NCBI GenBank assembly: GCA_963798915.1
Contig: CAWCVB010000015.1
Location: forward strand, 1 to 64,000
Length of the DNA: 64,000 nucleotides
DNA from: an uncultured Gemmatimonadales bacterium
GTDB taxonomy: Bacteria; Gemmatimonadota; Gemmatimonadetes; Gemmatimonadales; GWC2-71-9
Direction: 5' to 3'
Under the pieces are notes generated by a model that was not told the DNA's origin, did not search any database, and worked only from the letters and a program-made list of their open reading frames with translations. A program made the position numbers and the translations under genes. The number at the start of each line of letters is the position of its first letter. Position 1 is the stretch's first letter. Shown here piece after piece: positions 23,139 through 32,899 of the stretch.

Positions 23139-24107
23139 ATGCGCACCGCCCGTGCAGCAGCTGCGATACTGGCGTTCTCCGCCCTCGCCACCGCGTGCGA
23201 TCAGACCAACCCGACGGCTGTGGGCCCGGCGTTCAACAAGGCGCCCGTCGCCCCCTTGCCCCATGGCGACGGTGCCGTGAGCCCTGTGCTCGACAGTATC
23301 AATCACGCACTGGTCGCCCGGGACCTGAACGTACAGATAGCGCGCGCCGAATTCGTCCTGGCAAACCGGCCTGGGGATGCGGCCACTGGCCAGGTGATAT
23401 TTGCCAATGATCGAGCGAAGCGCCTTACCTCAGGGTGGGTTGGTGGCGATGGCCGGCGTCTCGCGGATGGAGACCGGATCACCTGGCTGGACCTCGATCC
23501 CTTCATGGCGGCAAACGGAGCTGGTGGCCCTGTAGACGCGGGCCCCGCCGTCGATGCTGCCTTCGCGACTTGGGGGAAGCAGACCTGCACCACGCTCGAT
23601 GTTGCGAAGCGGGCCTGGGATGGGACTACCAACCCCAGTGCCATCCTGGACCTCGGTATCCCCTCCGACCCCTTCGCTGCGGACATTTCCGTGCTGGGGT
23701 ATCTGCCCGGGTCGCTGTTTGACCTTGTCCTCGGCGACGGCGCCGCGGAAAACGTCCTGGGCGTCACTTTCACCTTCGTCTTCGTTGATGGGGATGGACA
23801 CCCCACCGACATCAATCATGACGGTCATGACGACACGGCACTGAAAGAGATCTGGTTCAACAATGAATTCATCTGGACCACGACGGGCCTGGGCGGTGCC
23901 ATCGACGCGGAGACAGTCGCCCTGCATGAGAGCGGCCACGCGTTCGAGCTGGGCCACTTCGGAAGGATTTTCGGCACGCTGGGCAACCTCACACTGCATG
24001 TTGCCCCCCGTGCGGTCATGAATGCCGTCATTCTGGGTACACTTCGCAGTCCGCTCGGCACCGACAACGCCGCGTTCTGTGGCTTCTGGTCCGCATGGCC
24101 GAGGTGA
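23139..24107 (+). CDS. Lipoprotein, metzincin (matrixin-like) Zn metalloprotease
   Basis: LATAC lipobox; HESGHAFELGH = HExxHxxxxxH; AVMN Met-turn; AGGAG RBS. Confidence 0.8.
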   Translation: MRTARAAAAILAFSALATACDQTNPTAVGPAFNKAPVAPLPHGDGAVSPVLDSINHALVARDLNVQIARAEFVLANRPGDAATGQVIFANDRAKRLTSGWVGGDGRRLADGDRITWLDLDPFMAANGAGGPVDAGPAVDAAFATWGKQTCTTLDVAKRAWDGTTNPSAILDLGIPSDPFAADISVLGYLPGSLFDLVLGDGAAENVLGVTFTFVFVDGDGHPTDINHDGHDDTALKEIWFNNEFIWTTTGLGGAIDAETVALHESGHAFELGHFGRIFGTLGNLTLHVAPRAVMNAVILGTLRSPLGTDNAAFCGFWSAWPR

Positions 24108-24264
24108 GCTGAACGTCGGCCTCGCGCGCTCAAAGCCTCTCTGCGATGCTGCAGGGTGCATCGTGCAACCTGCATGCGGATCGGCGGCATTAGCATCAGA
24201 ATGGAGAAGCGCGCAGGGATGGAGGCGATGTGACTCGCGTGATGGGCACGAGGGAGAGCGCCTG

Positions 24265-25734
24265 ATGTCCCGGGCGGAGCGGGAGGCCAGCATGGCCAGG
24301 CGTTCGGGCAGTGCGGAGCAGTTCGACGCCATCGTGATTGGCGCGGGCGAAGCCGGCACGGTGGTGGCAAGCCAAGCCGTGCAAGCGGACAAGCGCGTGG
24401 CGATGATATTTCTCCCGCCATACGGCAGTACCTGCCTGAACGCCGGCTGCGTACCGAGCAAGTTTCTCATCCATCGCGCGCGGATCGCTCATCAGGTGCG
24501 CACAGCTCGCCGCTTTCATATCGAAACGGAGGGCCCTCGCGTCCACTTTGGCCTCATCGCGGAGGAAAAGGACGCGATGGTCGAGGCTCACCGCCACGAA
24601 AGCTGGGCGGCGGCCCGGTCGGACCCTCGGCTGGCGCTCGTAGAAGGCTCGGCGCGGTTTTATTCCGCGCGAGAAGTGCGGGTGAACAATCGTCGCTTGT
24701 CGGCCAATGACATCTTCATCGCCACCGGTTTGCGCCCGCATGTCCCCGATCTGCCGGGCCTCGTAAGGGATCGCGCGCTCACTAGCGACACTGTGATGAT
24801 GCTCACGGCGATTCCGGAGCATCTCATCGTCATTGGAGGTGGTTACGTGGCCTGCGAACTGGGCCAGACATTCCACCGCTTCGGTTCTCGAGTCACCATC
24901 ATCCAGAGCGGCGCACACCTCCTGGCGCACGAAGAGCCCGACGTGAGCCGGGTGCTGGCCAAGGCGCTGCGCGAGGAGGGGCTGCAGCTGCTGCTCGGGC
25001 ACAAGGCGACCCGGGTGGAGCATTCCCCATCGGCGGTTCGGGTATGGACTCAACCAGCCGAAGGCGCGGAGGTGGTGTGTGAAGGTTCTCATCTGCTTCT
25101 GGCCACCGGGCGACGGCCCAATACCGGCCAACTCGGGCTGGATGCAGCCGGTGTTGTGACCGACCAGGAAGGGTACGTGAAAGTAGGTGAGGACATGGCA
25201 ACCTCGGTGCCCGGCATCTGGGGCATCGGTGATGTAAATGGCCTGCAACCCTTTACCCGCGTGTGCCAGGAGGAGGCCAAGGTCTCGTATGCAAATGCGT
25301 TCGAGGGTGCGAGCCAGCGGCTGCATCGTGGTTGGCTGGGTCATGCCGTCTTCACCGACCCGGAGATCGGCAGTGTCGGCCTGACCGAGGCCGCTGCGCG
25401 GGCTGAGGGCCATGACGTAGCGGTGGGACTGGTGACGTTCGACCAGGTGGCGAGGGCAAGGCTGACAGGAGAGACCACCGGGATGATCAAGTACGTGGTG
25501 GAGCGGCAAACCCATCAAGTGCTTGGATGCCACGTGATCGGGCCCCATGCCGCCGAGCTGGTGTATGCTGCTATCCCCACGATGCGGCAGAATGGCCGGC
25601 TCGAAGAAGTCGCCGAGGCGGTGGGCATCTTCCCGACCCTTCAGGAGGGACTGGAAGGCGCCGCTCGGGGGCTTATGAAAAAGTTGGGCGCGAGCGATCG
25701 CCGCGGTCCGCCCGCGATGAATCCAGTTCTTTGA
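24265..25734 (+). CDS. Class I pyridine nucleotide-disulfide oxidoreductase (Lpd/MerA-like)
   Basis: VIGAGEAG, TCLNAGCVPSK, IATG, IGGGYVACE, ATGRRPN, IGD; start 24265 or 24292. Confidence 0.88.
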   Translation: MSRAEREASMARRSGSAEQFDAIVIGAGEAGTVVASQAVQADKRVAMIFLPPYGSTCLNAGCVPSKFLIHRARIAHQVRTARRFHIETEGPRVHFGLIAEEKDAMVEAHRHESWAAARSDPRLALVEGSARFYSAREVRVNNRRLSANDIFIATGLRPHVPDLPGLVRDRALTSDTVMMLTAIPEHLIVIGGGYVACELGQTFHRFGSRVTIIQSGAHLLAHEEPDVSRVLAKALREEGLQLLLGHKATRVEHSPSAVRVWTQPAEGAEVVCEGSHLLLATGRRPNTGQLGLDAAGVVTDQEGYVKVGEDMATSVPGIWGIGDVNGLQPFTRVCQEEAKVSYANAFEGASQRLHRGWLGHAVFTDPEIGSVGLTEAAARAEGHDVAVGLVTFDQVARARLTGETTGMIKYVVERQTHQVLGCHVIGPHAAELVYAAIPTMRQNGRLEEVAEAVGIFPTLQEGLEGAARGLMKKLGASDRRGPPAMNPVL

Positions 25735-25754
25735 CCGCGGAAAAGGACACTATC

Positions 25755-25871
25755 ATGGCGAAGGATTTCAAATGCCAGATGTGCGGGGCGGAGTTTGACA
25801 CCCGCGAGCAGCTGGACGAGCACAATCGAACCAAGCACGCCGGAGCAGGGAGTCCGGCGACGAAAAGCTGA
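25755..25871 (+). CDS. 38-aa single C2H2 zinc-finger protein
   Basis: MAKDFKCQMCGAEFDTREQLDEHNRTKH...; AAGGA RBS upstream. Confidence 0.75.
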   Translation: MAKDFKCQMCGAEFDTREQLDEHNRTKHAGAGSPATKS

Positions 25872-25956
25872 AGGCTGAAGGCTGAAGGCTGAAGGCTGAA
25901 GGCTGAAGCGAACGTACCGCTTCGAGCTTTCAGCCTTCAGCTTTTGGCTTTCAGCC
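25867..25956. repeat. (GCTGAAG)x6 plus about 4 degenerate inverted copies between convergent genes
   Basis: Six perfect units at 25867-25908; GCTTTCAGCCTTCAGCTTTTGGCTTTCAGCC at 25926-25956. Confidence 0.9.
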
Positions 25957-27510
25957 CTACTCCCATTCAATCGTCGCCGGCGGTTTCGAGCTCACGTCGT
26001 ACACGACTCGGTTGACGCCATCCACTTCATTGGCGATCCGATTGGAAATGTGCGCCAGCACATCCGGTGGAAACGGAAACCAGTCCGCCGTCATGCCGTC
26101 CCGGCTGGTGACGGCACGGAGCGCGATGACCTGGTCGTAGCTCCGTTCGTCCCCCTGCACCCCGACCGAGCGGATGGGCAGCAGCACCGCGAAGGCCTGC
26201 CAGATGTCGTCGTAGAGGCCGGCAGCGCGGATTTCCTCGATGTAGATCGCATCGGCCCGCCGAAGGGTGTCGAGTGCAGACGCGTTGACATCTCCCAGGA
26301 TCCTGATGGCGAGGCCAGGCCCGGGAAAGGGATGCCGTCCCACCATCTCCTCCGGCAAGCCCAGCTCACGCCCGACCTGACGAACCTCATCCTTGAACAG
26401 TTCGCGGAGCGGCTCGATCAGCTTGAACGGCAACCGCTCCGGCAATCCGCCCACGTTGTGGTGGCTCTTGATCGTGACGGACGGACCACCCATGGGCGAG
26501 ACCGATTCGATCACGTCCGGGTAGAGCGTGCCCTGCACCAGGTAGGCCACCTCACCATCCACGGAACGTGCTTCCGCCGCGAACACGTCGATGAAGGTGT
26601 GACCGATACGACGTCGCTTGAGCTCCGGGTCGGTCACATCGGCAAGCTGGGCCAGGAACTGCTGGCTGGCATCCACCACCCGGAGATCGATGCCAAGATT
26701 ACTGCGGAACGCCTGCTCCACCTGCTCGCGCTCGTGCAGCCGGAGCAGGCCATGGTCCACAAAGATGCAGGTCAGCCGGTCGCCAACAGCGCGATGCACC
26801 AGTGCTGCCGCCACCGCGCTGTCCACCCCACCCGACAGACCGCAGATCACCCGCTGGTCGGGCCCAACCAGCTCGGCGATGCGGGCCACTTCGCGATCGA
26901 CAAAATGTCCCGGCGTCCAGTCGGGCGTGCATCCGCAGATATCGAAGATGAAAGCCGAGAGGATCTCGCCTCCCCGCGGCGTGTGGGCCACCTCGGGATG
27001 GAATTGGACACCGAACAGTGGCCGTGATTCGTGCTCGATGGCGGCAATCGGAGTGTTGGGACTGCGGGCCACCACCCGATAGCCGCGCGGGGCCGCATCG
27101 ACGTGATCACCATGGCTCATCCAGACCGGTGTTTCCTCGCCAGCAGCAAAGCTCCGCAACAGCCGTCCACCATCTGTGCGAATCATCGCTCGGCCGTATT
27201 CCCGGCGCGAGGCGCGCACCACAGTCCCACCGCTCAACTGCGCCAGCAGCTGCATCCCATAACAGACGCCGAGAATCGGGATGCCCAGCTCCAGCAGGGC
27301 CGGATCGGCCGTCGGGACGTTGTCGCCGTAGACCGAGTTGGGCCCGCCGGACAGAATGATCCCCCGCGGCTGCCAGTCCCGAATCCAGTCAATCGCCCGG
27401 CTGGGTGGGTGAATTTCGCAGTAGACGTGGGCCTCGCGCACGCGCCGGGCGATGAGCTGCGTGTATTGCGAGCCGAAGTCGATGATCAGGATGCCTGGCT
27501 CATGTGCCAT
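25957..27510 (-). CDS. guaA: GMP synthase
   Basis: [28 protein letters not shown]. Confidence 0.97.
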   Translation of the reverse strand: MAHEPGILIIDFGSQYTQLIARRVREAHVYCEIHPPSRAIDWIRDWQPRGIILSGGPNSVYGDNVPTADPALLELGIPILGVCYGMQLLAQLSGGTVVRASRREYGRAMIRTDGGRLLRSFAAGEETPVWMSHGDHVDAAPRGYRVVARSPNTPIAAIEHESRPLFGVQFHPEVAHTPRGGEILSAFIFDICGCTPDWTPGHFVDREVARIAELVGPDQRVICGLSGGVDSAVAAALVHRAVGDRLTCIFVDHGLLRLHEREQVEQAFRSNLGIDLRVVDASQQFLAQLADVTDPELKRRRIGHTFIDVFAAEARSVDGEVAYLVQGTLYPDVIESVSPMGGPSVTIKSHHNVGGLPERLPFKLIEPLRELFKDEVRQVGRELGLPEEMVGRHPFPGPGLAIRILGDVNASALDTLRRADAIYIEEIRAAGLYDDIWQAFAVLLPIRSVGVQGDERSYDQVIALRAVTSRDGMTADWFPFPPDVLAHISNRIANEVDGVNRVVYDVSSKPPATIEWE

Positions 27511-27517
27511 GGTGCGT

Positions 27518-28843
27518 TCAGTCTCCCGCGCCCAATTCGCCCCGCATGAGATCGTCCGCCGATTCGCGCGGCCGGATGATGGAAAACGTTCCGGCGCTCA
27601 GCAGGACCTCGGCCGCTCGAGGTCGGCTGTTGTAGTTGGAACTCATGACGAACCCGTACGCGCCCGCACCGAGCAAGGCCAACTGCTCGCCCCGGCGAAC
27701 GTCCGGCAGGTCGCGCCCAAGGGCCAGGTAGTCGCCTGATTCACAGACCGGCCCGACCACGTCCACGCGCCCCACCGCGCGTCCGGAGTCGCGCAGCTCC
27801 AGGATCTCATGCCACGCCTGATAGTGACTCGGTCGCACGAGGTCGTTCATGCCCGCGTCCACGATCACCACGTCCCGGCCGCCGGTATGCTTGCGATACA
27901 GCACGGTTGTCAGCAGCACGCCGGAGGCGGCCACCAGGTAGCGTCCGGGTTCGAGCGCCAACTCGAGGCCCGTCTCGCCCACCAGCGGCGCAATGGCCGC
28001 CGCCAGCGCTGCGGGCTCGAGCGGCTTCTCGTCGTGGTAGCGCACGCCGAGGCCGCCTCCGATGTCGATCGTCCGTATGGTGTCCACCCCGGCGCCACGG
28101 AGCTGATCCAACAGCAGCAGCAGTCGCGCGATCCCCTCCTGGTAGGGGGCCGGATCCAGCAACTGGCTGCCCAGGTGCATTGCAATGGTGTCGAGCTCAA
28201 GCCACCGCTGGCGCGCAATCGCCTGCGCCATGGGCACCACCTGGTCGACTGGCACCCCGAACTTGATGCCTCCCTGTCCCGTCGCGATGAACGGATGGGT
28301 CTCCGCGGTGACGTCAGGGTTGACCCGGATTCCGACGGTCGCCCGGTGCTGCAGCCGCTCGCACACCTGCACCAGCGCGTCGAGTTCCGCCACCGATTCC
28401 AGGTGGATGTGACCGATGCCGCCGCGAAGCGCGGCCTCAAGTTCGGCATCGGTCTTTCCGACACCACTGAAGACAATGCGAGCGGGCGGAAAGCCGGCGG
28501 CCTGCGCCCGACGGAGTTCGCCACCCGAGACGATGTCGGCCCCGGCGCCCAGGCGGCGCAGCAGGCGCAGGATAGCCAGGTTCGAGTTGGCCTTCACGGC
28601 GTAGGCAATGCGGTGCGGCAGCGCGCCCAATGCGTCATCCAGCGCCTGATAGCGCGCCCGGATCACATCGGCGCTATACACGAAGGTCGGCGTGCCGGCA
28701 GCAGCAGCGATCGCGGACAATGCCACGCCGCCCATGACGAGTTCGCCATCCTGGCGCTCGAGCCCGGCGTCGGCCAGCAGCTGGGCCCGGGCAGCGGGTG
28801 GTGTCTGGCGGGCCTGCGGCTGGCTCAGTAAGCCTTTGCCCAC
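27518..28843 (-). CDS. lysA: Diaminopimelate decarboxylase
   Basis: [31 protein letters not shown] start inferred. Confidence 0.93.
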   Translation of the reverse strand: MGKGLLSQPQARQTPPAARAQLLADAGLERQDGELVMGGVALSAIAAAAGTPTFVYSADVIRARYQALDDALGALPHRIAYAVKANSNLAILRLLRRLGAGADIVSGGELRRAQAAGFPPARIVFSGVGKTDAELEAALRGGIGHIHLESVAELDALVQVCERLQHRATVGIRVNPDVTAETHPFIATGQGGIKFGVPVDQVVPMAQAIARQRWLELDTIAMHLGSQLLDPAPYQEGIARLLLLLDQLRGAGVDTIRTIDIGGGLGVRYHDEKPLEPAALAAAIAPLVGETGLELALEPGRYLVAASGVLLTTVLYRKHTGGRDVVIVDAGMNDLVRPSHYQAWHEILELRDSGRAVGRVDVVGPVCESGDYLALGRDLPDVRRGEQLALLGAGAYGFVMSSNYNSRPRAAEVLLSAGTFSIIRPRESADDLMRGELGAGD

Positions 28844-30273
28844 ACGGCCTCCGCCACGCTGGGGCGATCGCACCAGGTGCAGCGCTCGGGCGCCGGGGTC
28901 GACTGAAATTCCGGATCAGGGAGCACCCGGATCGTTGCCTTGGTCTGCTCCTTGATCTCTGCCTCGCAGGCGGGATCACCACAGAAGCCGCCATACACGA
29001 ACCCGCCCTCGCCGGCCATGCGCTCGATGAACTGTGCCTTGGTCGCTCCCCGAAGGCTGGCCGCCTCGCGGCGCGCGCGCGCGGCCTCCAGCAGCGCGGC
29101 CTGCATGGCGTCCATTTCCTGCTGCAGCCGCTTGGCAATCCCCACGAGCGAAACCGGCTCTTTCCGGCCGCCCGTTCGACGGGCCAGCATCACCGATCCC
29201 GCGGCCAGATCCCGAGGCCCGATCTCGAGACGGAAGGGAACGCCCCGCGCCTCCCATTCGTAGTATTTTGCCCCGGGCTTCAAACCATCGCGATCATCAA
29301 GGTGAGTGCGGATCTGCGCCGCGCGCAGATCGTGCAGGAGCGCCCGCGCGGCAGCGGTCACGGCCTCCTGCTCCTCTCCGGTCCGGTAGATTGGCACGAT
29401 CACCACCTGCCACTGCGCCAGCCGGGGCGGACAGATCAGGCCCTGGTCGTCGCTGTGGGTCATGATGAGCGCTCCCACCAGCCGGGTCGAGACGCCCCAC
29501 GACGTATTCCATACGTGATCGAGCCGCCCATCGGCGGTCTGGTAGGTCACCTCGAACGCCTTGGCAAAGTTCTGGCCCAGGTTGTGACTGGTGCCCGCCT
29601 GCAGGGCTCGGTTGTCCTGCATCAGTGCCTCGCAGGCATAGGTCCGCAAGGCCCCCGCAAACCGCTCACTGTCGGTCTTCCGGCCGGTGAGGACCGGCAT
29701 CGCCATCCATTCCTCCATGAAGGTCCGGTAGAGGCCAAGGATCATGAGTGTTTCCGCCTCCGCCTCCGCTTCGGTTGCATGCGCCGTATGGCCTTCCTGC
29801 CACAGGAACTCGGTGGTGCGCAGGAAAAGCCGTGTCCGCATCTCCCACCGGACGACATTGGCCCACTGGTTGATCAGGAGCGGAAGGTCGCGGTAGCTCT
29901 GGATCCACTTGGCATACATCGCGTAGATGATGGTTTCCGACGTCGGCCGGACTACCAGTGGTTCCTCGAGCTCCTTGCCGCCGCCAATGGTGACCACGGC
30001 CGTCTCAGGCGCAAAACCCTCGACATGCTCGGCCTCGCGCGCAAGAAAGCTCTGCGGGATGAAGAGCGGGAAGTACGCGTTCTGATGCCCGGTGTCCTTG
30101 AACATCGTATCCAGTGCCCGCTGCATCTGCTCCCAGATCGCGTAGCCGTTGGGGCGGATGACCATGCACCCGCGCACCGGGCTGTAGTCGGCCAGCTCGG
30201 CCTTGGCGATGACATCGTTATACCACGCACTGAAGTCTTCGGCCCGCGTGGTCAGCGCCTTCTCTTGCGACAT
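28825..30273 (-). CDS. proS: Proline--tRNA ligase (archaeal/eukaryotic type)
   Basis: RPTSET, RWEMRTRLFLRTTEFLWQEGH, QAGTSH, C-terminal KAY. Confidence 0.96.
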   Translation of the reverse strand: MSQEKALTTRAEDFSAWYNDVIAKAELADYSPVRGCMVIRPNGYAIWEQMQRALDTMFKDTGHQNAYFPLFIPQSFLAREAEHVEGFAPETAVVTIGGGKELEEPLVVRPTSETIIYAMYAKWIQSYRDLPLLINQWANVVRWEMRTRLFLRTTEFLWQEGHTAHATEAEAEAETLMILGLYRTFMEEWMAMPVLTGRKTDSERFAGALRTYACEALMQDNRALQAGTSHNLGQNFAKAFEVTYQTADGRLDHVWNTSWGVSTRLVGALIMTHSDDQGLICPPRLAQWQVVIVPIYRTGEEQEAVTAAARALLHDLRAAQIRTHLDDRDGLKPGAKYYEWEARGVPFRLEIGPRDLAAGSVMLARRTGGRKEPVSLVGIAKRLQQEMDAMQAALLEAARARREAASLRGATKAQFIERMAGEGGFVYGGFCGDPACEAEIKEQTKATIRVLPDPEFQSTPAPERCTWCDRPSVAEAVWAKAY

Positions 30274-31616
30274 CAGGTCTCCTTCACACCTGGATATTGT
30301 TCCTGTCCTGAACCACCGGCAGGCTGCGGCGCGCGCGCCAGATCGGTCACAACGCGACTTCGATCCACCCTGCGCTGTTCTCCGCTGGTCAGGTTCTTGA
30401 TGACCACGCCCCCTGCGCCGAGATCGTCAGGTTCCATCACAACCACCCATCTGGCTCCGCGGGCATCCGCCAGCTTGAACTGTCTCGCCAGTGACTGGCC
30501 GCCCATGGCAAATTCGGTCCCAAGTCCCGCATCTCTACACTCGTGCACCAGTGCCAGAACAGCCGGTGCGTCCTCCGGCGTGACACCAGCCACAAAGACG
30601 TCGACCGTCGACCGTCGACCGTCGACCAACTTGCGATCCTTCAACAGTTCACCGAGCACCACGTCACCCATACCGAAGCCGAGAGCCGGGAGGTCCACGC
30701 CGCCCAGGTTGGCGAGCAGGTTATCGTAGCGCCCGCCGCCGCAAATGGCGCGAAGAGTGCGCCCGGCGTCGAACAGCTCGAAGACCGTTCCCGTGTAATA
30801 CGCCAGGCCCCGCACGATCCTGAGGTCCACATCCACGAAATCACCGAGGCCCATTGCCTCAAGGCCGGCGACGGTGCGCTCGAGCGGGTCCAGCACATCG
30901 GCGGCGACTGGCGCGCCGGCCAGCAGCGACCGGACATCCTCCAGTCCGCGCAGTTCAGCGACCCGAAACACCGCTTCGTTGGCCTCGCCGGAGAAGCCCG
31001 CCGCATGCAGCCGGGAGGCCAGCTCACTGCGCGATGACCGCTCCAGCTTGTCGATGGCCAGAAAGGCTTCGGGAATGCCCTGCTCGGGTACGCCGGCATG
31101 CCGCAGCAGGCCGGTGAGCACGCGGCGGTCCGAGAGGCGGACCCGCACATCTTCGTGTCCCAGACCCAACGCGCGCATCACATCCAGCGCGAGAGCGATG
31201 ATCTCGACGTCGGCGAGAGGACCAGCTTCGCCGATGAGGTCGCAATTGAGCTGGAAATGCTCGCGCAGCCTGCCGCGCTGCTGCCGCTCGTAACGGAAGA
31301 GCTGGGGAATGGAGAACCATCGCACCGGCTTCTTGAGGCCATTGGCGCGCGCGGCCACCATGCGCGCCAGTGTGGGAGTCATCTCGGGTCGAAGCGCTAC
31401 AGCCCTGCCACCCTTGTCCTCGAAGCTGTACAGTTGGGCAACGATCTCCGGTCCGCTCTTGCCCGTGTAAAGATCGAGCGGTTCAAGCGGAGGGCCGTCA
31501 TATTCCTCGAACCCGTAGCGGCGGGCCACATCCCGCCAGGTGCGAAAGATGTGCGTCCGCAGCGCGAGATCTTCCGGATAAAAGTCGCGAAATCCCGGCA
31601 GGGCCTGACTTTGCAT
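30273..31616 (-). CDS. hisS: Histidine--tRNA ligase
   Basis: LRPEMT, RYERQQRGRLREH, RGLAYYTG, GGGRYD. Confidence 0.96.
   Translation of the reverse strand: MQSQALPGFRDFYPEDLALRTHIFRTWRDVARRYGFEEYDGPPLEPLDLYTGKSGPEIVAQLYSFEDKGGRAVALRPEMTPTLARMVAARANGLKKPVRWFSIPQLFRYERQQRGRLREHFQLNCDLIGEAGPLADVEIIALALDVMRALGLGHEDVRVRLSDRRVLTGLLRHAGVPEQGIPEAFLAIDKLERSSRSELASRLHAAGFSGEANEAVFRVAELRGLEDVRSLLAGAPVAADVLDPLERTVAGLEAMGLGDFVDVDLRIVRGLAYYTGTVFELFDAGRTLRAICGGGRYDNLLANLGGVDLPALGFGMGDVVLGELLKDRKLVDGRRSTVDVFVAGVTPEDAPAVLALVHECRDAGLGTEFAMGGQSLARQFKLADARGARWVVVMEPDDLGAGGVVIKNLTSGEQRRVDRSRVVTDLARAPQPAGGSGQEQYPGVKET
30600..30627. repeat. (GTCGACC)x4 heptamer repeat inside hisS
   Basis: Four perfect units; region encodes LVDGRRSTVD. 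Confidence 0.85.
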
Positions 31617-31645
31617 GGGCGGGAAGATAGTGGATCGAGGGCCCG

Positions 31646-32890
31646 TCAGTCACCGTCCATCAGTCCCAGAGCAGCCATGACATCGCCGACGGTGTGGAAG
31701 CTGCCGGTTACCAGCACCGTGCCGGCGCCCTCCTGGGCCAGGGCGAGCGCACGGTTGAAGTCGGGCTCCAGGTGCCACTCGGCCCGTGCTGGCGGTCGGT
31801 CCGGACGTGCCAGCCATTCCGAGAGCCAACCAAGATCCCAGCCCCGGCTCGCCGCCGTGGGCGCAAGCGTCAGGACGCCCCGGTCGACCACGCCATCGAG
31901 GCGGACCAGCATCTCGGACCATTCCTTGTCACCGAGGATGGATACCAGCGCGTGGAGCGGACGGGCCGGCCGCATGTCCTCGAGCGCACGTACCAGGGAG
32001 TCCATTCCGTCGGGGTTGTGAGCGACGTCAAAAAGCCAGCGGCCACGGCGATCCAGCCGGCCGGGAAGGCGCGCATCTTCGAATGCCTGGGCCACGACCG
32101 CTGGCGGAGGCCGAAACCCGGCAGGCAGCGCCTCGAGCACGGCCTGCGCAATCGCGGCATTACGCCGCTGGTGACGCCCTTCCAGGCCAAGAGCGGCCGG
32201 CCAGTGCGCCGGCGGCGGAACGATACGCACATCAGCCTCGGCGCCCGGCATCGCCGCCTGCACCGCCTCCTCCGCCCCCGCTCGAAGCACCGCCACGATG
32301 GAAGGATCCGTCTCGCCAATCACGAACGGCGCCCCGGGCTTGGCGATGGCCGCCTTCTCACGTGCAATCTCCTCAAGGGATTCACCGAGGTACTTCATGT
32401 GGTCGCGCGCGACCTTGGTCACGGCACTCACCAGCGGCCTGAGCACGTTGGTGCTGTCGAGCCGCCCCCCCAGGCCAACCTCGACCACGGCGATCTCGGC
32501 GCCACGAGCCGCAAAATCCGCCAATGCGATGGCGGTGGTGACCTCGAAGAAGGTGGCGCCCAGCTGCTCAATCAGGGGCCTGAGGCGTTCGACCCACATG
32601 GCGACGGCGTCACGGTTGATCTGGCGACCATTGACCGTGATGCGCTCGCGAAACGAGACGAGATGGGGTGACGTGTAAAGGCCGGTGCGGAACCCGGCGG
32701 CCGAGAGCGCCTGCGCCACAAGCGTGGCGACACTGCCCTTGCCGTTGGTGCCGCCGACGTGGACCGTGGCAAACTGGTCCTGCGGATTCCCGAGTTCCGC
32801 CAGCAGGGCCCGGGTCGTCTCGAGGCCGAACTTGATGGTGGTCGTGCGTGGGAAGAGGTACTGGAGTGCGTCGCTGTAGGAGAGTGTCAC
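31646..32890 (-). CDS. folC: Folylpolyglutamate/dihydrofolate synthase
   Basis: HVGGTNGKGS, YTSPHL, EVGLGGRLDSTN, DVAHNP. Confidence 0.95.
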   Translation of the reverse strand: MTLSYSDALQYLFPRTTTIKFGLETTRALLAELGNPQDQFATVHVGGTNGKGSVATLVAQALSAAGFRTGLYTSPHLVSFRERITVNGRQINRDAVAMWVERLRPLIEQLGATFFEVTTAIALADFAARGAEIAVVEVGLGGRLDSTNVLRPLVSAVTKVARDHMKYLGESLEEIAREKAAIAKPGAPFVIGETDPSIVAVLRAGAEEAVQAAMPGAEADVRIVPPPAHWPAALGLEGRHQRRNAAIAQAVLEALPAGFRPPPAVVAQAFEDARLPGRLDRRGRWLFDVAHNPDGMDSLVRALEDMRPARPLHALVSILGDKEWSEMLVRLDGVVDRGVLTLAPTAASRGWDLGWLSEWLARPDRPPARAEWHLEPDFNRALALAQEGAGTVLVTGSFHTVGDVMAALGLMDGD

Positions 32891-32899
32891 GCGCGGGCG

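Noticed and set aside
24265..25734. Mercuric reductase merA
   Set aside because: No C-terminal Cys-Cys, no N-terminal metal-binding domain and no mer operon.
28798..30729. Long antisense ORFs (643 aa here; also 35083-37050, 41891-43582, 55499-57061, 57985-59550, 20152-21792)
   Set aside because: Shadow frames of well-supported genes in high-GC DNA; no recognisable motifs.
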